Shown here one piece after another: positions 9,950-20,494 of a DNA stretch of 64,000 bases. Both the position numbers and the translations under genes were made by a program. The notes beneath the pieces were generated by a model. That model did not search any database. It saw nothing but the letters and a program-made list of their open reading frames with translations, and was not told the origin of the DNA. Every line of letters begins with the position of its first letter. Within the stretch, counting starts at the first letter, position 1. Origin of the DNA: Candidatus Saccharimonadales bacterium (GTDB taxonomy: Bacteria; Patescibacteriota; Saccharimonadia; Saccharimonadales; JBGSXW01); contig JBGSXW010000002.1 in the NCBI GenBank assembly GCA_041751215.1, forward strand, positions 157,287-221,286, written 5' to 3'.

Positions 9950-10210
9950 ATGACTAAAAGCGTAAAAAGAAACCAAGCAACCGACACCAAGGTTTTATTT
10001 GTGGTGTCTTTGCTGGTCGTCTCTTTGTTACTGATGTTGGCCGAGCTATCAATCGAAGTTACGCCGATGATGATAACACTGCTTTGTGTCACCTACGTTG
10101 CTCTTGGAATCATTTTTTCGATATGGCACGGCAAGATATCTGTCGTGACTATTCTTGAGTACGGCCTAACGGCAGCCTTGATTCAGCTGGTCGCTCTTTC
10201 GATTACTTAA
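9950..10210 (+). CDS. Small hypothetical membrane protein of about 86 aa (the track ORF is 9908..10210; the Met at 9950 is the more plausible start)
   Basis: It has two predicted TM helices (VLFVVSLLVVSLLLMLA; LLCVTYVALGIIFSIW). There is no recognisable domain. Confidence 0.35.
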   Translation: MTKSVKRNQATDTKVLFVVSLLVVSLLLMLAELSIEVTPMMITLLCVTYVALGIIFSIWHGKISVVTILEYGLTAALIQLVALSIT

Positions 10211-13200
10211 CTGCGACTGCTTCTTCACTAACGATATCTGAGAGCGCTTTCTTAAGTTCGTCCGAGCCGCTGACTTGAAACGGTAGCTTGATCGCTCGTT
10301 TGTTCTCGTCGCCGATAACTAAAACTGCGTCCATGTTGCCTGTGTGCTCGCTTAGAGCTTGTTTAAGACGACTAAGGATCTCGTCGTCTTCTACTTTCTT
10401 AAGGTGGATGTAAAGCCGCTGAGGGCTCGGAGCAGCTGGCGTGGTTGGCAGAGGTGAGATTTCGGCATGTGTGGTCAAAGAGCGCGGCGGTGCGGGCTTC
10501 TTGCCCGTTGGCTTGTAGGCCTTCATGGTTTCCTCAGAGATCAGTTTTGCATCTTCAGCCATTATCTTAATCTCTGTTGTTTTGCGACCATCTCTATCTT
10601 TGCAATTAATCGCACCTTTTACCCATATGATCGTGTCCGGCTGCCACATCTCCGGATTCTTGCTGTACAAATCTGGGAAAACTATAAGCTCAAGCTCGCC
10701 GCTAAAGTCCTCAAGCCTTACAAAAGCCATCTGAGAACCTTTTTTAGTAGTAATTTTCCTAACCGCGCCAATCATCCCGCCGACTCTGGTTGTTTTGCCG
10801 TCCATTCCGGGTAGCAGGCTTTTAATAGCGGCGCTGTTTTCCTCAAAATAAGTTTGATAGCCCTCAAGCGGATGCTTCGATAAGTAGATTCCGAGCAATT
10901 CACGCTCCCATAAAAGTTGATCTCGTTCGTTCGGCTCGGTTGGAGGGACCTCAAGTTTTAGCGAACTCATGGAAGAAGCCTCCGCGCTGCCGCCAAACAA
11001 ATCAGTTTGTCCACTCAGAGCTTCTTTGTGGATCTTTGAGCTATAGCTAAGGATCGTGTCCAGATTAAATAGCAAGACATGACGCTCTGCAAAAGCATTA
11101 AAGGCACCAGCCTTTAATAAGCTCTCCCAGGTTTTGCGGTTAGCGATTCTTGGATTGACGCGACGAGCAAAGTCGTCAATCGAAAGGAATGGACCGTCTT
11201 CTCGTGCCCGCAAAATTTCTTCTACCGCGCCGGCCCCCACGTTTTTAATCGCTGTCATACCAAAACGAATGCGCATCGGGTCAGAAGTCTTTGCTCGTGG
11301 CACCACACCAAACTCTACGAATGACTCATTGACGTCTGGCGGCAGCACTTCGATGCCCATGTGGCGACATTCATTGATCTCGATTGCTAAGCGGTCGGTA
11401 TCATCAAAGTCACTAGTCATTAGGGCCGCCATAAATGCGTCAGGATAATGCGCCTTGAGGTAGGCAGTCTGGTACGAAATCCGTCCGTAGCAAGCTGCGT
11501 GCGACTTGTTAAAGGCGTAGTCGGCAAAACCTTCAAGATCCTTCCAAAACTTTTCTGCTAGCTTGGTGCTAACACCAGAAGTTGTTGTTGCTCCGTCCAC
11601 AAATTCTTTCTTTAGTTTTGCCATCACGTCGCGTTTTTTCTTACCGATAGCCTTGCGCAAAGTATCGGCTTGCCCACCGGTGAAACCACACATGTCCTGA
11701 GCAATGCGCATGACCTGCTCTTGATAAACCAGCACGCCGTATGTTGATTCCAGGGCGCCTTTCATGCTGATGTGTTCATACTCAATTTTCTCTTTACCGT
11801 TTTTTCTATCGATAAAGCGCTGAGTTAGACCGGCAGTCAAAGGGCCAGGCCGGTAAAGTGCGCCCATGGCAATAATGTCTTCGAAGACCGTGGGCTTAAG
11901 CTCTCTTAGATAGCGCTTCATGCCAGAGGATTCAAACTGGAAAACCCCAGTGGTATCGCCGCGTCCTAGCAGCTCGAAAGTTGGCTGGTCATAAAGTGAC
12001 AAGTTAGATATATCTATTTCTTCGTCGTAAACTTTGCGAACAATTCGAATCGCGTTTTTAATAATCGTTAGGTTGCTAAGGCCCAAGAAGTCCATTTTAA
12101 GCAGGCCGAGATCCTCAATAGGCCCCATTGAATACTGAGTTGTTACAACGCCTTTTTGCGCCATTTCAAGCGGCGTAAACTTTACGATGTCATCCGGTGC
12201 AATAACCACACCGGCCGCGTGAACGCCGTGAGAACGAATAGTTCCTTCTAGTTTGATTGCCAGATCAATAACGCGCTTCGATTCCTCGCTAGACTTGTAC
12301 TCAGCAGCTAAATCAGCATTCTCTTTAACCGAGACTGCGAGTGGGATGTGCCGACCCTGCACTGGTGGCGGAACCATCTTGGCTAACCGATCAGCGTTTG
12401 CGTAAGATACCTCCAGCACACGAGCCACGTCCCTAATGGCGTTGCGTGCGGCCATTTTGCCAAAAGTCACGATGTGGGCAACTCGGTCCTGTCCGTACTT
12501 GTCGACGCAGTACTTAATAACCTCGTCACGGCGGTTGTCTTGAATATCAATATCAATATCCGGCATTGAGATTCGCTCAGGGTTCAGGAAACGCTCAAAT
12601 AGTAGATCGTATTCCAGCGGATCTAGATCGGTAATATTTAAAGCATACGAAACAATCGATCCGGCGGCGCTTCCGCGGCCCGGACCAAAAACGATACCAC
12701 GATCTTTTCCCCAGTTAATAAAGTCCTGGACGATTAAAAAGTATCCGGAGAATCCCATTTTCTCAATTGTCTCAAGTTCATAGGCTGTGCGCTGCAAAAT
12801 CTGGTCGCTCAACAGCTTTTTAACCGCTACTTCGCTAAGGTTTGATGCCTCAGCTCTGGTTTTGTCGGCGTATCGCCAAGCCAGACCCTGATACACCAGT
12901 TTGTGGAGATAAGAGGTTTCGCTTTCTTTGTTAGGCACTGGAAACTTTGGAATTAAAATATTGCCAAGCTCGATCTTCACCTGACAGCGATCAGCGATCG
13001 CCTTAGTGTTGGTAATTACCTCTGGGTGATCCTGCCAGCGCTTTATGATGTCCTGAGGATCAGCTAGGTGTAGTGGGGTGTCCTTTAGTGACATCCTTTG
13101 TTCATCTGCTAAGAACGATCCCGTCTGGATGCACAAGAGGGCCTCATGTGCTTCTTGATCTTCGTGCATTAAATAGTGGGCGTCCCCCGTCACTACCACT

Positions 13201-13820
13201 GGAATGTCGTACTTTTTCCCTAGTTTTAAGAGCTTCTCGTTAACAACACCTTGCTCGGCCCACTCAAAGCCGTGATCTTGAACTTCTAAATAATATCGAT
13301 CCTTAAAGATTTTTTTGTACCATTGAATCGTTTTCTCGGCAGCTTCGTCGTCATTTCTGCGCAAGGCTTCTCCTACTTCGCTTCCGATACAGCCAGAAAG
13401 CACTATAAGACCTTCTCCGTACTTTTCTAGGAGATCGTGATCGATTCTTGGCTTGTGATAGTAGCCCTCAAGCTGCGCGGTTGTGGCAAGCTGCATGAGG
13501 TTTTGGTAGCCCTGGTTGTTCATAGCCAATAGAATCAAGTGATGCCTGGCTTTGTCCAGGCTAGCGTCTTTATCCGTATGGGCTCGAGCCGCCACATACG
13601 TCTCAATGCCAATTATCGGATTTATGCCTTGGGCAGTTGCGGCTTCATAAAATTCAATCGCACCAGAGAGTGTTCCGTGATCTGTTACGGCAATGGCTTC
13701 CATGCCAAGCTTTTTAGTGCGCTCAACCATGGCTGGAATCTTTTGCAAGCCATCTAGCAGGCTGTGGTGAGTGTGGTTATGAAGATGTACAAATTGATCT
13801 GGTTGCAATTTCTGTTTCAT
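10203..13820 (-). CDS. dnaE: DNA polymerase III alpha subunit
   Basis: It is 1205 aa with an N-terminal PHP domain (HLHNHTHHSLLDG), the polymerase core (GPGRGSAAGS, ISMPDIDIDI) and a C-terminal OB/tau-binding region. Confidence 0.93.
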   Translation of the reverse strand: MKQKLQPDQFVHLHNHTHHSLLDGLQKIPAMVERTKKLGMEAIAVTDHGTLSGAIEFYEAATAQGINPIIGIETYVAARAHTDKDASLDKARHHLILLAMNNQGYQNLMQLATTAQLEGYYHKPRIDHDLLEKYGEGLIVLSGCIGSEVGEALRRNDDEAAEKTIQWYKKIFKDRYYLEVQDHGFEWAEQGVVNEKLLKLGKKYDIPVVVTGDAHYLMHEDQEAHEALLCIQTGSFLADEQRMSLKDTPLHLADPQDIIKRWQDHPEVITNTKAIADRCQVKIELGNILIPKFPVPNKESETSYLHKLVYQGLAWRYADKTRAEASNLSEVAVKKLLSDQILQRTAYELETIEKMGFSGYFLIVQDFINWGKDRGIVFGPGRGSAAGSIVSYALNITDLDPLEYDLLFERFLNPERISMPDIDIDIQDNRRDEVIKYCVDKYGQDRVAHIVTFGKMAARNAIRDVARVLEVSYANADRLAKMVPPPVQGRHIPLAVSVKENADLAAEYKSSEESKRVIDLAIKLEGTIRSHGVHAAGVVIAPDDIVKFTPLEMAQKGVVTTQYSMGPIEDLGLLKMDFLGLSNLTIIKNAIRIVRKVYDEEIDISNLSLYDQPTFELLGRGDTTGVFQFESSGMKRYLRELKPTVFEDIIAMGALYRPGPLTAGLTQRFIDRKNGKEKIEYEHISMKGALESTYGVLVYQEQVMRIAQDMCGFTGGQADTLRKAIGKKKRDVMAKLKKEFVDGATTTSGVSTKLAEKFWKDLEGFADYAFNKSHAACYGRISYQTAYLKAHYPDAFMAALMTSDFDDTDRLAIEINECRHMGIEVLPPDVNESFVEFGVVPRAKTSDPMRIRFGMTAIKNVGAGAVEEILRAREDGPFLSIDDFARRVNPRIANRKTWESLLKAGAFNAFAERHVLLFNLDTILSYSSKIHKEALSGQTDLFGGSAEASSMSSLKLEVPPTEPNERDQLLWERELLGIYLSKHPLEGYQTYFEENSAAIKSLLPGMDGKTTRVGGMIGAVRKITTKKGSQMAFVRLEDFSGELELIVFPDLYSKNPEMWQPDTIIWVKGAINCKDRDGRKTTEIKIMAEDAKLISEETMKAYKPTGKKPAPPRSLTTHAEISPLPTTPAAPSPQRLYIHLKKVEDDEILSRLKQALSEHTGNMDAVLVIGDENKRAIKLPFQVSGSDELKKALSDIVSEEAVAVK

Positions 13821-13932
13821 AATTCCATTTCATTCTTACGTCTACAAATAGGGTCGCTGGATGCGCCCCACATAAAACCCCACTGTCAGCACCCTCTCTA
13901 GTTTCTTCTGTCATTATAACACTGAAAACTAG

Positions 13933-14202
13933 CTATGGACTGGCCTCTATTCCTTGATTAATCTTGTCTGCTAAGTCTTGAACAAATGGAACTTCATTAA
14001 AGAAAGATAGGGTCCATACTAAAATTCCGATCAACACGGTTGCGCCGATCACGGAGCCAAAGCCGATAAAAACTCCGCGCACAAAACTTAGGCCTACTAG
14101 TCTTTTGTGGCTAATAAATCCACCCTCAACAATCGGAGCCATTAGTCGGCCGATGCGCTCGTAGTCTGAAACACTTCTCGTTTTTTGGTCGTCTGTTGCC
14201 AT
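13933..14202 (-). CDS. Small hypothetical membrane protein
   Basis: It is 89 aa with one clear TM helix (GVFIGFGSVIGATVLIGILVW) and no identifiable family. Confidence 0.4.
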   Translation of the reverse strand: MATDDQKTRSVSDYERIGRLMAPIVEGGFISHKRLVGLSFVRGVFIGFGSVIGATVLIGILVWTLSFFNEVPFVQDLADKINQGIEASP

Positions 14203-14209
14203 TGAATTC

Positions 14210-14611
14210 TTACTTTCGGTTCTTTTTGTCTTTTAAGGCTTTCTCGGCCTTTTTAGCTTCACTAATAATCTCGTCGAGTTCTTCTTTGGTAAAGTCCCCG
14301 TCGCGAACAGTTGCAATCAATTCTTTAACTTTGGCTTGGGCGACTTCTGCTCGTTTTCTTAAATCGGCATAGTCCTCTTTTGCCTTACCCTTTAGGGTTT
14401 CTAGCTGTTCTTTGCTTGCTTCAAGTGCTGATTCAAGTTCTGTAAAAACTTTCTTTAGCTCGCCTTCAGCTGCCTGAGCAGCCTTTTCAGCCTTGGTCTT
14501 AATAATCTGACGCGTTTCTTTACCTGATCGTGGAGCAAACAGCAGTCCGGCGACCACCCCTACCACAGCACCAATTATTCCACCCTTTAAAATTTTGTGA
14601 TTGTCTCCCAT
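14210..14611 (-). CDS. YtxH-like (DUF948-associated) general stress protein
   Basis: It has the GGIIGAVVGVVAGLLFAPRSGKETR YtxH motif followed by a long coiled-coil. Confidence 0.65.
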   Translation of the reverse strand: MGDNHKILKGGIIGAVVGVVAGLLFAPRSGKETRQIIKTKAEKAAQAAEGELKKVFTELESALEASKEQLETLKGKAKEDYADLRKRAEVAQAKVKELIATVRDGDFTKEELDEIISEAKKAEKALKDKKNRK

Positions 14612-14628
14612 AACTACTCCTTCTTATC

Positions 14629-14883
14629 TTATTTTGACTTTTGTCTGTCGACGATCGCCTCTACGATGTTTACCACCGACCTCGTAACACTGGCCTTATT
14701 GGCAGCGTCACGCATAACTTGGCCTGCGGCCTCGACATTATCGACAATTGAAGCGGCTTTATTGGTAACTCGGTTAATGCTGCGGGCTATCTTGATCAAA
14801 ATAATGACGAGTGCTATCGCGAGCGTCAAAAAAAGAAAAAGTGATACCGACAGTATTATTACTAAAATTTCAAAAGCATCCAT
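14629..14883 (-). CDS. DUF948-like small membrane protein
   Basis: It is 84 aa with an N-terminal TM helix then an amphipathic region (INRVTNKAASIVDNVEAAGQVMRDA). The pattern resembles YtxG-type proteins. Confidence 0.5.
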   Translation of the reverse strand: MDAFEILVIILSVSLFLFLTLAIALVIILIKIARSINRVTNKAASIVDNVEAAGQVMRDAANKASVTRSVVNIVEAIVDRQKSK

Positions 14884-14904
14884 GCCTCTATTATAACACC
14901 TTGC

Positions 14905-16365
14905 TTACTGCTCTAGCATCTTTCGCAAAATCTGGTTGACCATTTGCGGATTAGCCCGCCCCGAGGTTTTAGCCATAACTTGGCCAACCAAAAACCCAAT
15001 TGCCTTAGCTTCTCCGGCTTTAACGTCTGCTACTGGCTTAGGATTGTCGGCTAGAACTTGTTGGACAATAGATTCAAGCTCAGCAGAGTCGGACTGCTGG
15101 GCCAAGCCAGAGCGCTCAACTAAAGCTTTTGCGTCATGCCAATCTGTAAATGATTCAGCCAGTATGGTTTTTGCTGCAGAGGCGCTGATTGTTCCGGCTT
15201 CGACAATCCGTGATAGCTCCAGCAATTGGCCTCCAGCCTGTAGATATGAAGAAGCATCGTCAATATCAAGGTTCTTGCTTTCTTTAAAAGTTGCGATAAT
15301 GACGTTAACCAGCCAGTCGGCAATTCTTTTCAGGTGCGAGCCTTCTGCTCCGGCAATCTGTTCGGTTTGAATCTTCTGTATCAGGCCTGGGTAGTCAATG
15401 AGCACCTCGGTGGTATTTTTGCTGATTCCTGCGGCTTGAAGCTCGCTTCTTATTTCTTTAGGAAGTTTTGGCATGGTTTGTTTGGCAGCTTCAACCCTAT
15501 CGGCGTCTAAGACAACGGGTGGCAGGTCGGGCTCAGGAAAATAGCGGTAGTCGTGGGCCTCCTCTTTGCTACGCTGTGAAGTTGTCTTTTGCTTGACGTC
15601 ATCCCAGCCACGAGTTTCTTGGACAATGACCTGACCTTTGTCCAAGAGTTCGCTCTGTCGTTTAATTTCGTAGGCAACTGCTCGCTCTACGCTTTTAAAT
15701 GAGTTGAGGTTTTTGGTCTCGCTGCGCGTCCCTAGCTCTTTTTGATCTGGCTTCGCAAGAGAGACGTTTACATCGAATCTCATGTTGCCGTGGTATAAAT
15801 CTACGTCAGAAACACTGGCATACCTCATTAAGTGATAGAGTTCGCGGGCAAAGGCGCGGGCTTCCTCTGGGGTGTGCATGTCAGGCTCAGAAACAATTTC
15901 GAGTAGCGGAGTTCCCGCTCGGTTTAAGTCGACTAGTGAGTAGTCTTTTCCGTCCGGGTGAATTAGCTTACCCGCATCTTCTTCAAGGTGTGCTCGAGTA
16001 ATTCCGACATTAAAGGTTTTATCCCCCAGCGGCACTTCTACTGTTCCTTTGCCGACAATTGGCTGAGCAAACTGAGTTATCTGATAGCCTTTTGGCAAAT
16101 CTGGATAAAAATAGTTCTTTCTATCAAAACTACTTACGTGCGCGATCTCAGCATTTAAGGCAATCCCGGCTAGAATGGCTAGGTTAACTGCCTGTTCGTT
16201 TAAGACCGGCAACACCCCAGGCAGGCCAAAGCAGATTGGGCTGACGTTAGTATTGGGCTTGGCGCCACGGCTATCGGCGTTGACCGCAGCAAAGAGTTTG
16301 GTCTTGGTTTTAAGCTGAACGTGACACTCAATGCCAATGGTTGCAATGTAGTCGGCAGCCGGCAT
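14905..16365 (-). CDS. gatB: Asp-tRNA(Asn)/Glu-tRNA(Gln) amidotransferase subunit B
   Basis: It is 486 aa with the GatB/GatE catalytic region (NRAGTPLLEIVSEPD) and a C-terminal YqeY-like domain. Confidence 0.92.
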   Translation of the reverse strand: MPAADYIATIGIECHVQLKTKTKLFAAVNADSRGAKPNTNVSPICFGLPGVLPVLNEQAVNLAILAGIALNAEIAHVSSFDRKNYFYPDLPKGYQITQFAQPIVGKGTVEVPLGDKTFNVGITRAHLEEDAGKLIHPDGKDYSLVDLNRAGTPLLEIVSEPDMHTPEEARAFARELYHLMRYASVSDVDLYHGNMRFDVNVSLAKPDQKELGTRSETKNLNSFKSVERAVAYEIKRQSELLDKGQVIVQETRGWDDVKQKTTSQRSKEEAHDYRYFPEPDLPPVVLDADRVEAAKQTMPKLPKEIRSELQAAGISKNTTEVLIDYPGLIQKIQTEQIAGAEGSHLKRIADWLVNVIIATFKESKNLDIDDASSYLQAGGQLLELSRIVEAGTISASAAKTILAESFTDWHDAKALVERSGLAQQSDSAELESIVQQVLADNPKPVADVKAGEAKAIGFLVGQVMAKTSGRANPQMVNQILRKMLEQ

Positions 16366-16775
16366 TACAAGGCACCTAAATCTTTAAGTGCTTTACGAAA
16401 GCCCCGCATAGTCGCCGATGCATTGTTTCTGTTTACTTTCGCGTTTGGTTCATGCACTAGACGGTTCCGGGTTTTGTGGGCGCGCCATACACTGTCTGGG
16501 TCTCTAAAGATCCGATTGGCCTCAACCAGACGCTCTCCCATGTTTTTCCCGCGATACTTTTGCTTTTTTAGAGCCTCGTCAAGCAGGATGTCAGCCTTAA
16601 TAATTGCTTGGGGCCATAGCTCCTCGGATCTTTGGTACATGGATACAATCTCTTCCCACTGACGATTAAAGTAATCTTGGTCCAATCGACCAGTTCGTTT
16701 CGAAAAAACACTTAAAACTACAAGTAGAATCAGTGAGGCGGCAAATATTACTGCTAGGGCTATAGCTGGATTCAT
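16365..16775 (-). CDS. Hypothetical membrane-anchored protein with a HEPN-type RNxxxH motif, translationally coupled between gatA and gatB
   Basis: It is 136 aa. An N-terminal TM helix (AIALAVIFAASLILLVVLSVF) is followed by a helical domain of about 110 aa ending in AHKTRNRLVHEPN. The start overlaps the gatA stop, and the stop overlaps the gatB start by 1 nt. Confidence 0.45.
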   Translation of the reverse strand: MNPAIALAVIFAASLILLVVLSVFSKRTGRLDQDYFNRQWEEIVSMYQRSEELWPQAIIKADILLDEALKKQKYRGKNMGERLVEANRIFRDPDSVWRAHKTRNRLVHEPNAKVNRNNASATMRGFRKALKDLGAL

Positions 16776-18193
16776 GCTGATACCTTTTGGTTTATTTTAG
16801 CAGCCACTGAGAGTAATTTTTTATCAGCTTTTTGCGGCGCAATAATTTGTAAGCCAACTGGAAGTTCGCCGCTTTTGCCTGCTGGAATGCTGATCGCTGG
16901 AACACCGGCCAAGTTCACTCCCACTGTCATAATATCTATTAAGTACATCTGCAAAGGATCGCTTGTGTTAGCGCCGAGCTCAAAGGCGGGAGATGGTGCA
17001 GTCGGTCCGATTAAGAAGTCGACGCTAGAAAATACTCTCTCAAAATCTTGAACAATTTTTGTTCGGACAGACTGGGCTTTTTTGTAGTGAGCTTCATAGT
17101 AACCGCTGGACAAAACATATGTGCCGATAATAATTCGTCGCTTAACCTCAGAGTTAAATCCAGCCGAGCGAGACAGATCGTAGACTTCATCAATCGACTT
17201 TGCTTGTTCGCTAGAGAGGCCGTACCTTATGCCATCGTAGCGACTAAGGTTTGAACTCACTTCTGCGGGCATAATCACGTAGTAGGCCGCCAACGCAAGA
17301 TCGAGGGTTGGCAAGCTAACCTCTTTTATAATTCCGCCACTGGCTTTTATTTTCTCTACTGAACTCTCAATTACAGATCTAACTTCAGGACTTAAACCCT
17401 CGCCCATATGTTCTTTGATTAGTCCAAAAGTTTTTCCCTTAATATCATATTCGTCATCAAGAAACGACTTGTCGGCAACGTCTATTGTCGTCGCGTCTTT
17501 ATCGTCTTTGCCAGCTAGAATATCTAGAACAACCGCCGCGTCTTCAACAGATTTAGTCAAAGGCCCAATAACATCAGTTGAACTGGCCATTGCTACAACG
17601 CCGTAACGAGAAACCAACCCATACGTAGGCTTGTAGCCAACGACACCGCAAAAGCTGGCGGGCAAGCGAATCGATCCGCCGGTATCGGTACCGAGAGCAA
17701 AAGGTGCAATCTCTAAGGCTACTGCTGCAGCCGAGCCACCCGAAGAACCGCCTGGGACCCTTGATCGATCTACTGGGTTGAGTGTCGGGCCGAAGTCGCT
17801 GTTCTCGGTCGAAGATCCGTGGGCAAAGGCATCCAAGTTAGCCTTACCGACCATAATTGCACCAGCCGCTTCTAGCTTATCGATTGCTGTGGCATTTATC
17901 GGCGGACTGTACCCAGCCAAAATCTTGCTAGCAGCGGTAGTTTCCGTGTTCTTGGTTAAGAAGTTGTCTTTTGCAATAAAAGGGACGCCGGCGAGCTCAC
18001 CAGGATTCTTGCCTTCCTTTATCATTTCGTCAATTTGCTGTGCTCGCTCCTTGGCTTGTTCGTTAATCCTTAAGAGCGCGTTATATTCTTGATGATCGCC
18101 TGCAGCCTTAAGGGACTGTTCAACCAAAGACATTGCACTAACTTTTCCAGTTCTTACAGACTCAGCCAGTTCGGCTATTGCCGGCCACGGCAT
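16772..18193 (-). CDS. gatA: Glutamyl-tRNA(Gln) amidotransferase subunit A (amidase signature family)
   Basis: It is 473 aa with the amidase signature GGSSGGSAAAVA and the catalytic Ser-cisSer-Lys context. Confidence 0.92.
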   Translation of the reverse strand: MPWPAIAELAESVRTGKVSAMSLVEQSLKAAGDHQEYNALLRINEQAKERAQQIDEMIKEGKNPGELAGVPFIAKDNFLTKNTETTAASKILAGYSPPINATAIDKLEAAGAIMVGKANLDAFAHGSSTENSDFGPTLNPVDRSRVPGGSSGGSAAAVALEIAPFALGTDTGGSIRLPASFCGVVGYKPTYGLVSRYGVVAMASSTDVIGPLTKSVEDAAVVLDILAGKDDKDATTIDVADKSFLDDEYDIKGKTFGLIKEHMGEGLSPEVRSVIESSVEKIKASGGIIKEVSLPTLDLALAAYYVIMPAEVSSNLSRYDGIRYGLSSEQAKSIDEVYDLSRSAGFNSEVKRRIIIGTYVLSSGYYEAHYKKAQSVRTKIVQDFERVFSSVDFLIGPTAPSPAFELGANTSDPLQMYLIDIMTVGVNLAGVPAISIPAGKSGELPVGLQIIAPQKADKKLLSVAAKINQKVSA

Positions 18194-18484
18194 CTAGAGT
18201 ACTCTCCGCACTTTTATGTAGCCGTCAGCCTCGTCCGGCGCAGCACGCAACAAGTCTTCTGGAGACGCACCGTAATCACTTGCCGAATCTGGGCGGGTAA
18301 CGTTTGTTAGCCCAGTGACCTGAGCAGTAGGCTCGATGCCAGTTGTGTCGACTTTATCTAGCATTTTCACATAGTCTAAGATGCTCGCTAGCTCTGTCTG
18401 AAACTTTTCGATTTCATCGTCGCTGAGTTTAAGGTGAGCAAGTTTAGCCATCTGCCGAACTGTGTCAGCGGTTATTTTTGTCAT
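18194..18484 (-). CDS. gatC: Glutamyl-tRNA(Gln) amidotransferase subunit C
   Basis: It is 96 aa. The sequence MTKITADTVRQMAKLAHLKLSDDEIEKFQTEL is typical of GatC. It lies directly upstream of gatA. Confidence 0.85.
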   Translation of the reverse strand: MTKITADTVRQMAKLAHLKLSDDEIEKFQTELASILDYVKMLDKVDTTGIEPTAQVTGLTNVTRPDSASDYGASPEDLLRAAPDEADGYIKVRRVL

Positions 18485-18526
18485 ATTGCTAGATATTATA
18501 GAGGTAGCAAGCTATGCTTACAACTC

Positions 18527-20482
18527 CTAGGCTTGAGCTTTTAGCTCCTCGATCATATCTCTAAGCTGAGCGGCCTGCTCAAACTGCAAGTTTTTAGCCG
18601 CTAGATCCATCTGGTCAGATAGCTCTTTGAGCAAATGTGAGTATTCGTCTTTAGGAATCTTTTTGAAGTCTAGCTTCTTAACGTCCTGGACTTCGTCTTG
18701 TCTTAGCCGATCTTCAACAGCGCGCATAATGCCGGTCGGAGTAATGCCGTGCTCCTCGTTATACGCAGTTTGGATGGCGCGGCGACGCTTGGTTTCATTA
18801 ATTGCTCTCTCCATCGACCCAGTCATTTTGTCGGCATACATGACAACGTGGCCGTCAATGTGACGAGCTGCTCGCCCAACGGTTTGGATTAGTGCTTGTT
18901 CGCTGCGCAAAAAACCTTCCTTGTCGGCATCGAGTATTGCAACTAGGCTGACTTCTGGCAGGTCGAGTCCTTCGCGCAGCAAGTTGATTCCTACCACAAC
19001 GTCGTAAACCCCGAGGCGCAGATCGCGTAAAATATCGGTTCGCTCAAGCGCATCAACGTCGGAGTGCAGGTACTGAACTTTGATCTTGTTCTCTTCTAGA
19101 TATTCTGCCAGGTCCTCGGCCATTCGTTTGGTGAGAGTTGTCACCAAGGCTCGTTGCGACTTACCAACTGTCATTTTAATTTCAGCAATTAAATCATCGA
19201 TTTGATTTTTAGTTGGTCGCACTTCGATGTTTGGATCGATAAGGCCGGTTGGCCGAATGATCTGCTGCACTGGCTCACCGGCTCTGGATAACTCAAAGTC
19301 TGCCGGAGTAGCAGTGACGTAGACAGTCTGGTTCATGTGTCTCTCAAACTCACTAAAGGTTAAGGGCCTGTTATCGAGCGCGCTTGGCAATCTAAAACCA
19401 TGCTCAACCAACACTTCTTTGCGAGCCCGATCACCGTTGTACATACCGCGGAGCTGAGGAATCGTCATGTGTGACTCATCGATAAACATCAAAAAGTCAT
19501 CTGGGAAGTAATCAAGTAGCGTAGCTGGCTGCTCGCCTGCCTCTCGGTTGGTTAGATAGCGAGAATAGTTTTCGATTCCTTTTACGAAACCAGTTTCTTC
19601 TAGCATTTCTAGGTCAAACTTTGTGCGTTGTTCTAGGCGCTGAGCCTCAAGCAACTTGCCTTCGGCCTTAAACTTGGTCAGTCGCTGATCTAATTCTTGG
19701 CGAATCTTTGCCAAAGCCCCTTCAAGCTTTTCGCGCGGCGTGACAAAGTGAGAGCTAGGAAAAATCGTGAGTGTTTTAAGCTCTCGGCTTATTTCGCCAG
19801 TTAACGGATCGACCTCTATGATTCTCTCTATTTGATCCCCAAAAAACTCAATACGGTAGGCGCTGTCTTCACTGGCAGGGTAGACATCAACGACATCACC
19901 ACGGACCCTAAAGGTTGATCGGTGAAAATCGATATCGTTCCTGGTGTACTGAATGTCGGTTAGGTGGCGCAGTAGTTTATCTCGCTTTCTTACCTCGCCC
20001 ACTTTTACGGTAACGGCAAGACCGCCGTAGTCCTCAACCGAACCAATGCCATAGATACAACTAACCGAAGCTACGATAATAACGTCGCGTCGGCTAAGAA
20101 GTGCGTCGGTCGCGGCGTGTCGCAAACGATCAATTTCTTCATTAATCTTTGAGTCCTTCTCAATATAAGTGTCGGTGGTTGGCATATAAGCCTCTGGTTG
20201 ATAGTAGTCAAAGTAACTAACAAAGTAGTGCACGGCATTGTTAGGAAAAAAACGTTTAAACTCGCCGTACAACTGAGCGGCCAAGGTTTTGTTGTGAGAC
20301 AGCACCAATGTCGGCCGCTGATAGTCGGCTATTAGGTTAGCCATGGTAAAGGTCTTGCCTGAACCAGTCACGCCTAGCAGCAGCTGCTCTGATTCTCCGT
20401 TTTTGAGTCCACCAAGCAAGGCCTTAATGGCCGCCGGCTGATCACCGGTCGGTTTATAATCGCTCGTTAAAGATAGCTTCAC
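18527..20482 (-). CDS. uvrB: Excinuclease ABC subunit B
   Basis: It is 651 aa with [12 protein letters not shown] Walker A, helicase motifs, and a C-terminal UvrB/UvrC interaction motif ([23 protein letters not shown]). Confidence 0.93.
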   Translation of the reverse strand: MKLSLTSDYKPTGDQPAAIKALLGGLKNGESEQLLLGVTGSGKTFTMANLIADYQRPTLVLSHNKTLAAQLYGEFKRFFPNNAVHYFVSYFDYYQPEAYMPTTDTYIEKDSKINEEIDRLRHAATDALLSRRDVIIVASVSCIYGIGSVEDYGGLAVTVKVGEVRKRDKLLRHLTDIQYTRNDIDFHRSTFRVRGDVVDVYPASEDSAYRIEFFGDQIERIIEVDPLTGEISRELKTLTIFPSSHFVTPREKLEGALAKIRQELDQRLTKFKAEGKLLEAQRLEQRTKFDLEMLEETGFVKGIENYSRYLTNREAGEQPATLLDYFPDDFLMFIDESHMTIPQLRGMYNGDRARKEVLVEHGFRLPSALDNRPLTFSEFERHMNQTVYVTATPADFELSRAGEPVQQIIRPTGLIDPNIEVRPTKNQIDDLIAEIKMTVGKSQRALVTTLTKRMAEDLAEYLEENKIKVQYLHSDVDALERTDILRDLRLGVYDVVVGINLLREGLDLPEVSLVAILDADKEGFLRSEQALIQTVGRAARHIDGHVVMYADKMTGSMERAINETKRRRAIQTAYNEEHGITPTGIMRAVEDRLRQDEVQDVKKLDFKKIPKDEYSHLLKELSDQMDLAAKNLQFEQAAQLRDMIEELKAQA

Positions 20483-20494
20483 CCTAATAGTTTA

